This document shows, piece by piece, positions 12,301-22,795 of a stretch of 64,000 bases of DNA (position 1 is its first letter; every line of letters begins with the position of its first letter). A model generated the notes under the pieces. It searched no databases and was not told the DNA's origin. It saw nothing but the letters and a program-made list of their open reading frames with translations. The translations under genes and the position numbers were made by a program. The DNA is from Psilocybe cubensis (Eukaryota): contig CM038998.1 of NCBI GenBank assembly GCA_017499595.2, positions 4,402,001 to 4,466,000 on the forward strand. Reading direction: 5' to 3'.

Positions 12301-13743
12301 ATTTTGTTAACCAATATGATACATCAAGATATGTGCCCAGCTCGGACGGGCGGGACAATAGGCATATCCAATTTGTTCGCGAATTTGCTAGCATTGTCTC
12401 GGTTCTTCAGGCAAGTATCAGTTCCTTGAATAGAAGGATATCCCAACGCTAACTCTATCCATATCGTTATCACTTACAGGACAAAACCAACAATGTGATT
12501 GATCTGTACAAAGACATTCTTCGGGCCGTAGAGGATCTCGCTACTTGCTCATACACTGCTGAAGCATTTTCAGAACTGCTAAGCAAGATTCAAGGCGCGG
12601 TAAGTCCCTGTTTCCTCCGTGTTATGCCAGTTAAACTTACTTCTACGTTGCTGCAGATTGATCGACTGAATTTGGAAGGATATGCCAATCTTGACTACTG
12701 GGTCGCGGAATTAGACAAGCGGATAGAGACTATCCTTCTCCAGCGACTTACACATATCATTCAAGTTTGGTGTTCTGAGTTTGATCGCACGGATGACGGC
12801 GATACGAGACGGGATATTGCATCCACACGAGATCTGACGAACAAACGAAGAGATAAGAGGATGAAGGAAGAGAAGGTTTGTTCATCTTTTTTGTGTCGTT
12901 CTGTGAAGTCGGTATCTGATGTCCCCGATTTCTTACTTGTTAGTTCTTGGAAGGAAATATGACAGTCAAGCCGATCGTTCATGAAATCCGGATACAGAAC
13001 CAAGTTATCTTCCTGGACCCCCCGATAGAGTATGCCAGAGCGACGTGGATCAAGCAGCTCCATGATTGGCTGGGTATGTTATCTAACTTATACTTCATGT
13101 TCCGAAATGTTTATCTTCTTGTAATTCTAGGCGTTGTATGCCGATTGCGTCGCATTCAAAGTTCACGATATGAGATTGGGTTGCAAATGCAAGGTGCTAG
13201 CGCGGTCGAGACCACATACACGTCCCTTGTACGTCTACTTCGTTTGGTCTTTTATTGCGCTGTACTTAAAAATAATCTTCGCAGCTAACCCGCTTCCCCG
13301 ATAACACACTTGAGCGACCATTCTCCTTGATCGAGATTAAAGTCCAGCACATCAAAGACTATGTTGGCAAATGGCTTCAATTCCAGTCATTGTGGGATCT
13401 AGAAGCGGAATACGTGTTCAACCGGCTAGGAGACTCACTAGCCAACTGGCAACAACTGCTGACAGAAATCAAGAAAGCACGCACAACATTTGATACCTCC
13501 GAAACACAGAAATCGTTCGGAGTGTGTGTGATTGACTACGAGCAGGTGCAGGCGAGGGTGAATGCCAAGTATGACTCTTGGCAGAGGGATATTCTGAGTC
13601 GGTTCGGAGTCAAGTTGGGTAATGCGATGAAGGAGATGCATGCCTCGATTTTGAAGGCGAGAAACGACCTCGAGCATCACTCAATCGAAGGTTTGATTGG
13701 TGGTGGTGGTGGCGCAGGTGCTGCAGGCGCCAGAAGATTCTGA
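9397..13743 (+). CDS. dhc1: Cytoplasmic dynein heavy chain, N-terminal tail half (split-gene dhc1 type)
   Basis: [78 protein letters not shown] and [10 protein letters not shown]. Stops after HHSIEG plus a Gly-rich tail; no AAA motor exons follow. Confidence 0.93.
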
Positions 13744-15201
13744 TGAATTGGATGCAGAAGGCGACGGGTTGCTGTGCATGTCTTACGATTCTTTTTTTTC
13801 GTTTCTTTCCTGTTTTCTATTCACTATGCATCTCATTTCTCTGTCTCTCAGTCTCACTCCTCGATACCCGCATATGTAGGGAATACTCACTCATTTCTTC
13901 TCGCTCGTTACTTCGTTCTCCCTCTTCATGCTTTCCTGTCCAGTTACTCTCACGTCCATTTTTCTTTTACAATCTCGGAATAATGACTTTAGTTTTACTC
14001 TATCATTATTGCGTACGTGAATATAATAGCTAGGTCTGTACTAACTACAGATTAACTTGGTTTGGGACATAAGTACCAGCGAAATACGCATACCGAAGAA
14101 AGGTTCGGCGAACTACTAAATTTGACCTACCCGGCCGCTGAAGGTAAACCCAAGCACGTGATTTTGTTAAGGATCGTCACGGGGATGGTCCGTGCGTCTA
14201 TCCGTCACTATATAACCCGGGACCCTGCGAAAATAGTTCCCCATCTCTTGTGCTCGGGCATGTACTGTCGCCAGTGAGGTTTCTACCGAGGCACAGTTTT
14301 TTTGCTGATTGCAAATTATACATCCGAACCCGTCTGTTAGTGCTCTGCACTTTCAGCAATTTTTGGAAAACCCCCCTTCAATCTTATTTTCTCCTTTTTT
14401 CTTTTCCTGGTGATGGCGCTGAAGAAGTGCTTGAAGGAATAGTTGGGAGATGATTTGGTTCATATTGAACTTGGTTCGGAATAGCTATTAGCTAGATAAT
14501 ATTTGCAATATATCTGTTTTTCTTATCATAATTGGTGTGATGTTTTTGTTCAAGAAGTTTCAAGTGGAAACAAATCATTTCAGAGTTAAATGTCTTCCAG
14601 GTGGTATTTGATTTATGAGTTTTGGGAATTGTGGCAAAGTTGATTATCTTTTGACTGCCTGGTGGGCGCTTAATTTCGTGGTGTAAGTCTGCCAAATCTT
14701 ATCAGTCGATTTCACAATTTAACCATTCATTCCAGTTTCAAGTCTTGCATTTTTTTGCGTTGTTTATATTCAAGTTCACGCTTGGGCACCCAGTATACAA
14801 TAGAACTGCAAGCTAAAACATACCTGGTGCACCTCACCCTTGGAACGCGTTTGTCTAGCAGGTCAAATGTGGGGATGATGCTTCGCAACCGGGCTACGGC
14901 GTCCTCTCCCTCAAGTCTAGCGGCAGTCGCTGTTCTAAACCAACAATTTATATATATAACTCAGCAGAAACGCCTTCTCACGGTATTTATGGTGGTGTCC
15001 GGCGAAAACGCCAGAACATTTCCACGAATAGTCGATGTCTCTATGTATACGACTAGGGAGATCGTTTTTGATTGCCAACTCTATATTTGTTACTCCGAAC
15101 ACTCATGAAGCTAGCTTGTCGTTGACGATTGAGCGCGAGCCCTCCTTCCCCTGCGAAAAACATCACACCCGAACGACGCATATCTGGGTTCTGCTTTTGC
15201 T

Positions 15202-17190
15202 ATGTCTGACGGGTTGGGACTTCCACTTCAGGATTTCGGGTTGAATCAGTACAATACGGCCGGAGCCATCTTCATTGGGTCTACGGTCTCATACGTGTAT
15301 GTTGTTCTGCTTTCTTAAGATCTTTTGAGATGTGGTTGATTGAAGAATCGATGTAGATTGTACGGACTGGCTTTCTGTCAGGTTATGACGTATTATCACA
15401 ATTACCCTCGCGACTTTGGGAGCTTGAAAGTTCATGTAAGTGCGACCTGAACTGTTTCATTTCTTCTGCGCTAAACTATCTGCTGCAGGTGGGTCTGGTG
15501 TGGGCGGTAAGCTTGAGATATGGCCCTTAAATTGGACGATTAATCAACCTGAACAATGCTCTAGGCGGAAACGGCCAATGTCTTTCTAATGACACCCGCA
15601 ATATGGTTCTACTTGATCAGACGCGGTGCGGATATATCCTTTGAACAATTCGTGTTCTGTAATGACTGGTGCGTGTATATGTCTGCGACGAGCAGGTGCG
15701 GCGTCTGATCTTATCGTAGGACTCTTATCGTTAGTGAACGCTCCAATTGTCGTCATGGTCTTTTGTACTGAACGAGTTCCAAGGCCCAGGCGATTCCAAC
15801 TGTGAGAAACTCTGCCTCGGTCTGCAGACATCTTTGCAAATTAACGTTGACTCTTTCAGGAGATATGCTGTTTGCTCGTAGAACTGTGAGTTCGTTTCTA
15901 ATAACCAATATTACATGCCGATGTATTTAATATCACTATAGGTTCTTCATTATGCGTATGTGGCGAGGTGAGATTGGCATTCGAGTTCCGAGAGACAAAG
16001 ATCTAGTTAAACAAGCTTTTTCTCACTGTCGTTCAGTTGCCAATTCCAAGCCTGTTGCGATGATAACGGTGAGAGATAAGTCACTCGTTGGTTTGACTTC
16101 AGTTGACGTTGACGGGTTTTGAAGACGTTGCCTTTCTTGAGCGGCTGGGGTTTTAACCTTGGTATGTCTTCAATCATCAGGGTCCCCCATGCGTATGTGC
16201 TGAACCTCTATATCGCAAGTATACTGCGTTGGAATGTACGTGATTATTGATTGTTGACTGAACACGCGACCTTTATTCACAACTTGTTTTTATAGGTTTC
16301 GACTGCGATGCTATCCAGACTTCAAAGTGAATGATGTGAGTTCGTGTATCGCGGGTTCCAGTGGGGCTTCTGCTCAACTTGCCGTAAACTGCTTCAGCCG
16401 TGGTTGTTTTCCTCGTACGGGTCACGGATTGTATCTGACGGGCTCATCGCGGGGACGATGTGCTATATGCTTTGGAAGAAGCGCCCAGAGTCGTTGTCCC
16501 AGTGGGTACCCTTCATCTCGTAAATTTGACCGTCTGTGTGAATGGAGTCCGATTATAGCTCGAGAACGCTACGGATGATCAATCGCATAAGCCTTTGGGC
16601 TCTTACCACAGGCCTTCTGATGTGGTGCGCAATTTCGTTCGCACATATTTATACTTTACATTCGGGCCTCATGGTACATTTAACTTCAAGGATGTCGGCC
16701 GTTGCGTTTATGGTAGCGGTAAGTCAACCAAGTCGTTTCTCGTAAATATTTTCTGACAGTACTACCTTCAGTATCTGATTGTACCCACCACGCTCATTGC
16801 CCCTGCGGTATACCTGCTACGCGGACGAAGTACGTTTCCCTTCAATCGCCCGTCTGAGGGTTCAGCAAGGATGCTAACGAGAATCTGGTCAAGTACATTC
16901 TAATACGATGCTAGCCGTGTATGTACTGCCATCATCCTAACTAAACTCTAGACCATCTAACTAAACTGGTTCCTTTGCTACGTTGTGGTTTTTTTGTTTT
17001 TAGCTTGAACAGCCGGAGATATATTCGCAAAATTGGGAACCAGTCAATACCTCTTCAAACACAAGAACATGTGGCGTTGCAGGATCTGAGGTACGTGTCG
17101 TTTCTGGAATGGACTATTGAACCGGTGGTATCTGCACTTACTGTGTTATTTGTAAATAGAGGTATTGTTGCGACTTCGGATGTAGGTTAA
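15202..17190 (+). CDS. Multi-pass membrane protein, probably the agaricomycete DUF6534-type family (many small exons)
   Basis: Exons encode GAIFIGSTVSYV|LYGLAFCQVMTYYHNYPRD, MINRISLWALTTGLL and HSNTMLAV|LNSRR, which fit that family's pattern. Confidence 0.65.
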
Positions 17191-17664
17191 TGAGTCAGTG
17201 GTGAGGTCTTGACGAGTATGCGTTGTTTTGTATTTATGATGTATATTATTGCACCTTTTGTTTCGCTATACTTTCACCCTGTGGAAGGAGGTTAAATAGA
17301 GCATAGCAAGCTTGTAAATGTAGAGGGAAAAGATAAGAAAGTAACGCGCGTTATACGGTTGCTTGTGTTCTGCGCGTCTGTTCGAGACTCCTATATCGTC
17401 GCGTCTCTATCACCTGACAAAGAAAAACGGCTACGAGTCACTCAACAAGCGGAGATAATGAGGGAGGATAATTCGCCGTAACGTTGATAAGGGCAGCGGG
17501 ACACTCTTTCTACTCTACTGTTCACCACAGAGGCTTACAACTTCTGAAGGGACCATCTCATTTTTGAATAGGTTACCATTCGATACACAGCGGCTTTGTT
17601 ATCGACGCTACACACAAGTCATACACATACCATACCACCTGGTCTTTGGTGAAATCGGATACAC

Positions 17665-18618
17665 ATGGAGCAAGCAAGATCCCAGGGATCCACCGTACTC
17701 CATTCAGAAATCACAATTCAGTCACTTCCTGTTGAACTCATTTTTGATATATTCACTTATTTCAAACTCAAGACTTACATCATCGCCCACGGAGTGTGCA
17801 AAGAATGGCGCCGCCTTCTTCCTCTCGCTCCCATTAACCCAGTACGCCGCCGTCTCTTCCAGCTGTACCAAAACATGATAAACACCCCGGATTTTATCAA
17901 AACACGCGTGTGGATAGTTGATAATCTAGCACCTTTCGACAGGCAGGCATACATCGATGCCCTCCTCTCTCAATATCCAGCCATTCCGGAGGAATTTCGC
18001 ATATGGATACTCGAGTGGCCTGCTCGAGCTGTCATTGCCTGCATGTGGCCAGGTTTACCTTTCTCAGTTTGCTATTCCGTCGGACCACAACGACGATACG
18101 GCGTCAATTGGTTAGGGTATAAGAAACATTCACCCAAGCTTCTCGCGCCTATCTATTGCCACGGTTCCCGTACTTCCAAGTTTTCGCCAGCTCTCTTGAT
18201 TTGGCGAGCTACATATATCACGGAATATTTGTCCTTCGATGAAAGCGAGCCTGCGCTCTTTGGCCGTGTTGTCGTTAAAGACTACATGGAGCATCAATCG
18301 CCGGCGCTCATTTTTCATCATCGGGGAGCGATATATATGTCCGGTGACAAGAAAACCGCACCATCAAACAATGACGAAAACTCGTATACGCTCAGCGGCT
18401 CCTTTCCAGATTGGATCTGTTATCTTGAGTACCAATGGGCAATTACCGTCGAGCAAATTCATTACGTTGGTTCAAGTCAGATAGATACAGGATTTTTAAT
18501 TGAGGAAGACAGAGTAATGACCTGTTTCAATCAGGATATAATGAACACACGTCCTACAATGGAATGGACAGAGAGGCAGAGATTTTTGGATCATCTTACC
18601 TTTCCTTACTACGGTTAA
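17665..18618 (+). CDS. F-box protein, copy 1 (F-box plus putative SUKH/SMI1-KNR4-like domain)
   Basis: Intronless 317-aa ORF with F-box IQSLPVELIFDIFTYF...VCKEWRRLL and the family core PFDRQAYID.LLSQYPAIPEEFRIW.LEWP. Confidence 0.85.
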   Translation: MEQARSQGSTVLHSEITIQSLPVELIFDIFTYFKLKTYIIAHGVCKEWRRLLPLAPINPVRRRLFQLYQNMINTPDFIKTRVWIVDNLAPFDRQAYIDALLSQYPAIPEEFRIWILEWPARAVIACMWPGLPFSVCYSVGPQRRYGVNWLGYKKHSPKLLAPIYCHGSRTSKFSPALLIWRATYITEYLSFDESEPALFGRVVVKDYMEHQSPALIFHHRGAIYMSGDKKTAPSNNDENSYTLSGSFPDWICYLEYQWAITVEQIHYVGSSQIDTGFLIEEDRVMTCFNQDIMNTRPTMEWTERQRFLDHLTFPYYG

Positions 18619-18906
18619 ATGCCATAAAGTCATGTATTTCCATCCATGTACGCCGTCGATAGCCGAAATTGCAGAATTAATAACCAGTGAAGTGGCTTAT
18701 TCTCCGACATTTATCTGGTGCTACTTGACCAGTGGAATTGGTTCTTTTCAGTGATGGATACCATTTAGCTCTGCCAATGCTATATAATGGGTGGAATTGG
18801 GCCTTTTCGCCAGTTTTGAGATGACATTCTTTCAATGCACATCAGTAGGATGTACTCATTTCACACCTATAAGTTTAACTTTGTCTAGTACTTTCAGCAA
18901 CTTTCC

Positions 18907-19125
18907 ATGGACAGTGCACGCGTCGCCTCCTATCATTTCAGGCGCGACGGGTGCGATGATCACATGACGGTGGTGTGCAGCTATTCTTCATACACGAGGT
19001 CGAAAGTAAAAACGTTGGGCTCCGAAAAGTCGCAAGCTACGTCCACCACGGCCAGGGTGAAGGCTACCCATTCCCATTCCCCACCTACAAACAAAATCTC
19101 TACTCCGAGAGCGATATTTATATAG
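18907..19125 (+). repeat. Upstream module shared by F-box copies (also ~20850-21068, ~22580-22795, and 31628-31849 on -)
   Basis: Shared cgtcgcctcctatc..tcaggcgcgacgggtg.g.tgatcac.tgac...tacacgaggt.gaa.gtaaaaacgtt...aatctctactccgagagcgata...tatagATGGG. Confidence 0.85.
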
Positions 19126-20244
19126 ATGGGCCAAGTTCACTCGTTGTACAATGGTCTTTCATTTCTCACTGGGCGACTCTTGTCAATCTTCGGTATTCAA
19201 CGCCTGCTATTTGGTGGCAACAAACTGCTCTTTGAAGAATCAAAATCAGAGGACACTGCTGTGCACCTTCCCAAAACCACATTCCAGTCACTTCCTGTGG
19301 AGATAATTCTTCATATCTTCTCTCATTTGGAGCTCCAGCCATACCTCTTCTCTCGTGGTGTATGCAAAGAGTGGCTGCGTCTCCTTCCGCTGGCTGATAT
19401 CCATCCAGCACGGCGCCGTTTGATTTATCTGTATTTGAAGATGGTTAACACGCCGGATTTTATCAATACCCGTACATGGATAGTTGACAAACTCCTGCCT
19501 TTCGATCGCCAAGCATACATTGACTCCCTCCTGTGCCAATATCCAGCAATTCCGGAAGAATTTCGCATCTGGCTTCTCGAGTGGCCAGAAAGAGCGACAA
19601 TAGATTGTACCTGGCCCGGCCTACCGTTTGTTTCATGCAATGATATCATTCCCAGCAAAAGGTCTGGTGTTAATTGGATGGCGTACAAAAGACATTCACC
19701 TCAGCTACTCGCACCAGTTTATAGGCAGTGCACTCCCTTTGCCAAGTTTGTCCCTGGACTTCTAATTTGGAGACAAAGTGGTTTGACAGACTGGCTCATT
19801 TTTGATAAAGATGAACCTGAAGTATTTGGTCGTGTGTATATCACCGACCTTGTGGAATTTGAAGATCCAGCGGTCATCCCTCATGAACGACAAAAAATGC
19901 TCGACGACGACGACGACCCCATTCCTATCTCCGTCAGTCCTGGTTCCGATGAAGAAGACAACGAATTCCGAGAAGATCATTCTCACGAACTAGAGGGAGC
20001 GGGCGACAAGGATACAGAAGGCTATCTCAACGTACCCCATCCCGACTGGGTTGCCTATTTAGAGAGCTGCTGGGCTGAGAATGACATTAGGCTGCAATAC
20101 CATGGAGTGCCCAACCTGATAAATGACTATCTTATCCCTGAATCTCAGGTGACTACGGAATTCAACGGGTCTTGTGTTACTACACTCCCTGCTGTTCCGT
20201 GGAGCTTACGGGAAAGATACACAGAATATCTTACGAAATTTTAA
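19126..20244 (+). CDS. F-box protein, copy 2
   Basis: Intronless 372-aa ORF with FQSLPVEIILHIFSHL...VCKEWLRLL and the same family core. Confidence 0.88.
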   Translation: MGQVHSLYNGLSFLTGRLLSIFGIQRLLFGGNKLLFEESKSEDTAVHLPKTTFQSLPVEIILHIFSHLELQPYLFSRGVCKEWLRLLPLADIHPARRRLIYLYLKMVNTPDFINTRTWIVDKLLPFDRQAYIDSLLCQYPAIPEEFRIWLLEWPERATIDCTWPGLPFVSCNDIIPSKRSGVNWMAYKRHSPQLLAPVYRQCTPFAKFVPGLLIWRQSGLTDWLIFDKDEPEVFGRVYITDLVEFEDPAVIPHERQKMLDDDDDPIPISVSPGSDEEDNEFREDHSHELEGAGDKDTEGYLNVPHPDWVAYLESCWAENDIRLQYHGVPNLINDYLIPESQVTTEFNGSCVTTLPAVPWSLRERYTEYLTKF

Positions 20245-20395
20245 CGAACTGCTCTGTTATATACTCAGGTCTCTATACATTGCATTAAGCACCATTCTGC
20301 ATGCTTTAAACAGCCTTGAAAAATTTTCATCATTCGTCATCTAATATCTTAGAGCAGGCATATTTGCTACACTACGTGGTCGAAATTTTACACAG

Positions 20396-20585
20396 TCATG
20401 TAGTGCTATTTAACGAAGAGCCTTCTCGTCCATCACTGGCCCATGATTACTACGGGACTATGCAGCCGATGAGATGCAAAATAGACATCAAAATATAAAG
20501 CCACGCACACAAGCGGGCGCTTTCTGCCCTGTACACAATTCGTAACCCCCAAATGATCATCGTTTCATTAGCCAGAAACTGAGCA
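20396..20585 (-). pseudogene. Internally deleted 3' remnant of a paralog of the deaminase-like gene at 24049-25143
   Basis: Reverse complement reads QFLANE..GLRIVYRA, then an intron-like stretch, then SWASDGREGSSLNSTT*. The intact gene reads QFLANNE...GLRIVDRA and ALWASDQQGDFSSNSNA*. Confidence 0.75.
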
Positions 20586-21068
20586 AGATACTAATTGTTC
20601 CTGCAAAATCTCATCGATTGCTTTTTGTATCACATAGTCAAAGAATATATAGTAACTTTAATTCGATTCCCAAACCGAAATTGCAGAAGTAATAACCACT
20701 GACCAGGAAGGTGGTTATTCGGCGCCTGCATTACCACTAATCAGGTGTAATATTACATATTTTCTTGCATCAGTAGGCTGTGATACCTCTATAAACATTT
20801 TTGTCTCAAACTCCAGTAACTTTCCCAGTTGATTTGATTTTGCCTTCTAACTGTGCGCACGTCGCCTCCTATCTCTCAGGCGCGACGGGTGCGATGATCA
20901 CCTGACGGTGGTATACAGACATCCATATATACACGAGGTTGAACGTAAAAACGTTGGGCTCTGAAAACTTACAAGCAACGACCACCACGTCCAGGGAAGA
21001 GGTAACCCATTCCCATTCTCCGCCCACAAGCCTAATCTCTACTCCGAGAGCGATACCTCACTGTATAG

Positions 21069-22127
21069 ATGGGCCAAGTTTACTCGTTGTACAATGGCCT
21101 TTTCTCTCTCAGTCAATGGTCCATTCTCAGTATTCGCCGACTACTATTTAGTGGAAACGAACTGCTACTGGAAGGTCCAAAATCAGAAGAAACTAAAGAT
21201 TATCCCAAAGCAACACTCCAATCACTTCCTGTCGAAATACTTCTTCATATTTTCTCACATTTGGAGCTTAAACCATACCTCTTCTCTCGTGGTGTATGCA
21301 AAGAATGGCAGCGCCTTCTCCCACTCGCTGATATCCTTCCAGCACGACGCCGTCTGCTCGAGCTGTATTTAAAGATGATTAATACGCCGAATTTCATCGA
21401 TACCCGTTCATGGATACTCGAGAATCTCCAGCCTTTTGACCGCCAGGCTTATATTGACACCATCCTCTCTCAATATCCGGCAATTCCTGAGGAATTTCGT
21501 ATATGGCTTCTTGAATGGCCAGAACGGGCAACTATAAATTGTATCTGGCCAGGCCTACCGTTTGTTTCATGCAATGACCTCAGTCCCAGCAGAAGGGATG
21601 GAGTTAACTGGGTGGCGTACAAAAGTCATTCCCCTCAACTTCTTGCGCCAGTCTATAGGCAAGGTACCCCCAATGCCAAATTTATTCCAGGTCTTTTGAT
21701 CTGGAGGCATCACTATAGGACAGAATGGCTTATTTTTGATAAGGATGAACCCCAACTCTTCGGTCGCGTTTATGTAACCAGACTCATGGAACTTGAAATG
21801 CCAGCGGACATCCAACATGAACGTCGACTGACTGCCGAAGATGATGAAGAAGACATCGAGTCTCTAGAATATTCTCTTGAAGAAGAGGGCACGGACGACA
21901 CGGACGGCAGGTTCAATGTACCATATCCTGATTGGATTAGCTATTTGGAGAGCTGCTGGACCGAGAACCTCAGGAGGTTGGAAAAACGGAGAATATTTCT
22001 CCTAAAAGACGATATTATTGATGAATCTGATATCGGACCTTATTTCAATGGGCACAACGATACAATGCTTCCTGCTTTCTCATGGAGCTTACGAGATTCG
22101 TTTACAGAGTGCCTTGTAACAAGTTAA
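21069..22127 (+). CDS. F-box protein, copy 3
   Basis: Intronless 352-aa ORF with the same F-box and family core. Confidence 0.88.
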   Translation: MGQVYSLYNGLFSLSQWSILSIRRLLFSGNELLLEGPKSEETKDYPKATLQSLPVEILLHIFSHLELKPYLFSRGVCKEWQRLLPLADILPARRRLLELYLKMINTPNFIDTRSWILENLQPFDRQAYIDTILSQYPAIPEEFRIWLLEWPERATINCIWPGLPFVSCNDLSPSRRDGVNWVAYKSHSPQLLAPVYRQGTPNAKFIPGLLIWRHHYRTEWLIFDKDEPQLFGRVYVTRLMELEMPADIQHERRLTAEDDEEDIESLEYSLEEEGTDDTDGRFNVPYPDWISYLESCWTENLRRLEKRRIFLLKDDIIDESDIGPYFNGHNDTMLPAFSWSLRDSFTECLVTS

Positions 22128-22303
22128 TTCTGGAAGGCTGTTGCGTACATAAAGATGTATACATTGGTAGTCCTGTTTGAATACTGCAGGGAAATTATTC
22201 TATGCACCAAGTAGATGTTGAAAACTCCTCTCATACAGTACTAAAGATTTGAAAGTGGATTTATACATTGCTCTATGCAATTGAAATTGTGCATGGCAGA
22301 TAG

Positions 22304-22446
22304 CTAGGCAGTACTACTTGATGCAGAAGGTATGCCTGCCCCTTGTCCACTGGTAAATAATGCAAGCTAGAAAGGCCGAAGGATCAGTACAAATACTTTT
22401 AGGAATATGAAGATACGTACAGTTGCCTCGGATTGATATATTGCAT
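22304..22446 (-). pseudogene. 3'-terminal remnant of a deaminase-like paralog
   Basis: aatatgaagatacgtacagttgcctcggattgatatattgcat (~22404-22446) matches aatatgaagacacatacagtggcatcggattgatatattacat (~24145-24187). It retains IYQSEAT, a GT..AG intron and a last exon LALFTSGQGAGIPSASSSTA*. Confidence 0.75.
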
Positions 22447-22795
22447 TACCGCTAATCAGTTGTAATATTACATATGTTCTTGCATCAGCAGGCTGTGATA
22501 CTTCTATAAAGATTTTTGTCTAAAACTCCAGTAACTTTCCCATGATTTGTATGTTTTGCATTGATTTGATTTTGCTTTCTGACTGCGCACACGTCGCCTC
22601 CTATCTCTCAGGCGCGACGGGTGTGGTGATCACATGACAGTGATGTACAGACGTCCATACACGAGGTTGAACGTAAAAACGTTGGGCACTGAAAGTTACA
22701 AGCTACGTCCACCACGTCCACCGAGGAGGCTACCCATTCCCATTCTCCGCCCACAAACCTAATCTCTACTCCGAGAGCGATACCTCACTGTATAG

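Noticed and set aside
9397..13743. Reading the truncated dynein as a pseudogene
   Set aside because: The exons are intact, and a tail-only dhc1 gene is established in Agaricomycetes.
18907..19125. Near-identical small ORFs MDSARVASYHFRRDG... at 18907-19125 (+) and 31661-31849 (-)
   Set aside because: Explained by the duplicated upstream DNA. The frame is not kept in copies 3 and 4 and diverges by indels in the second copy.
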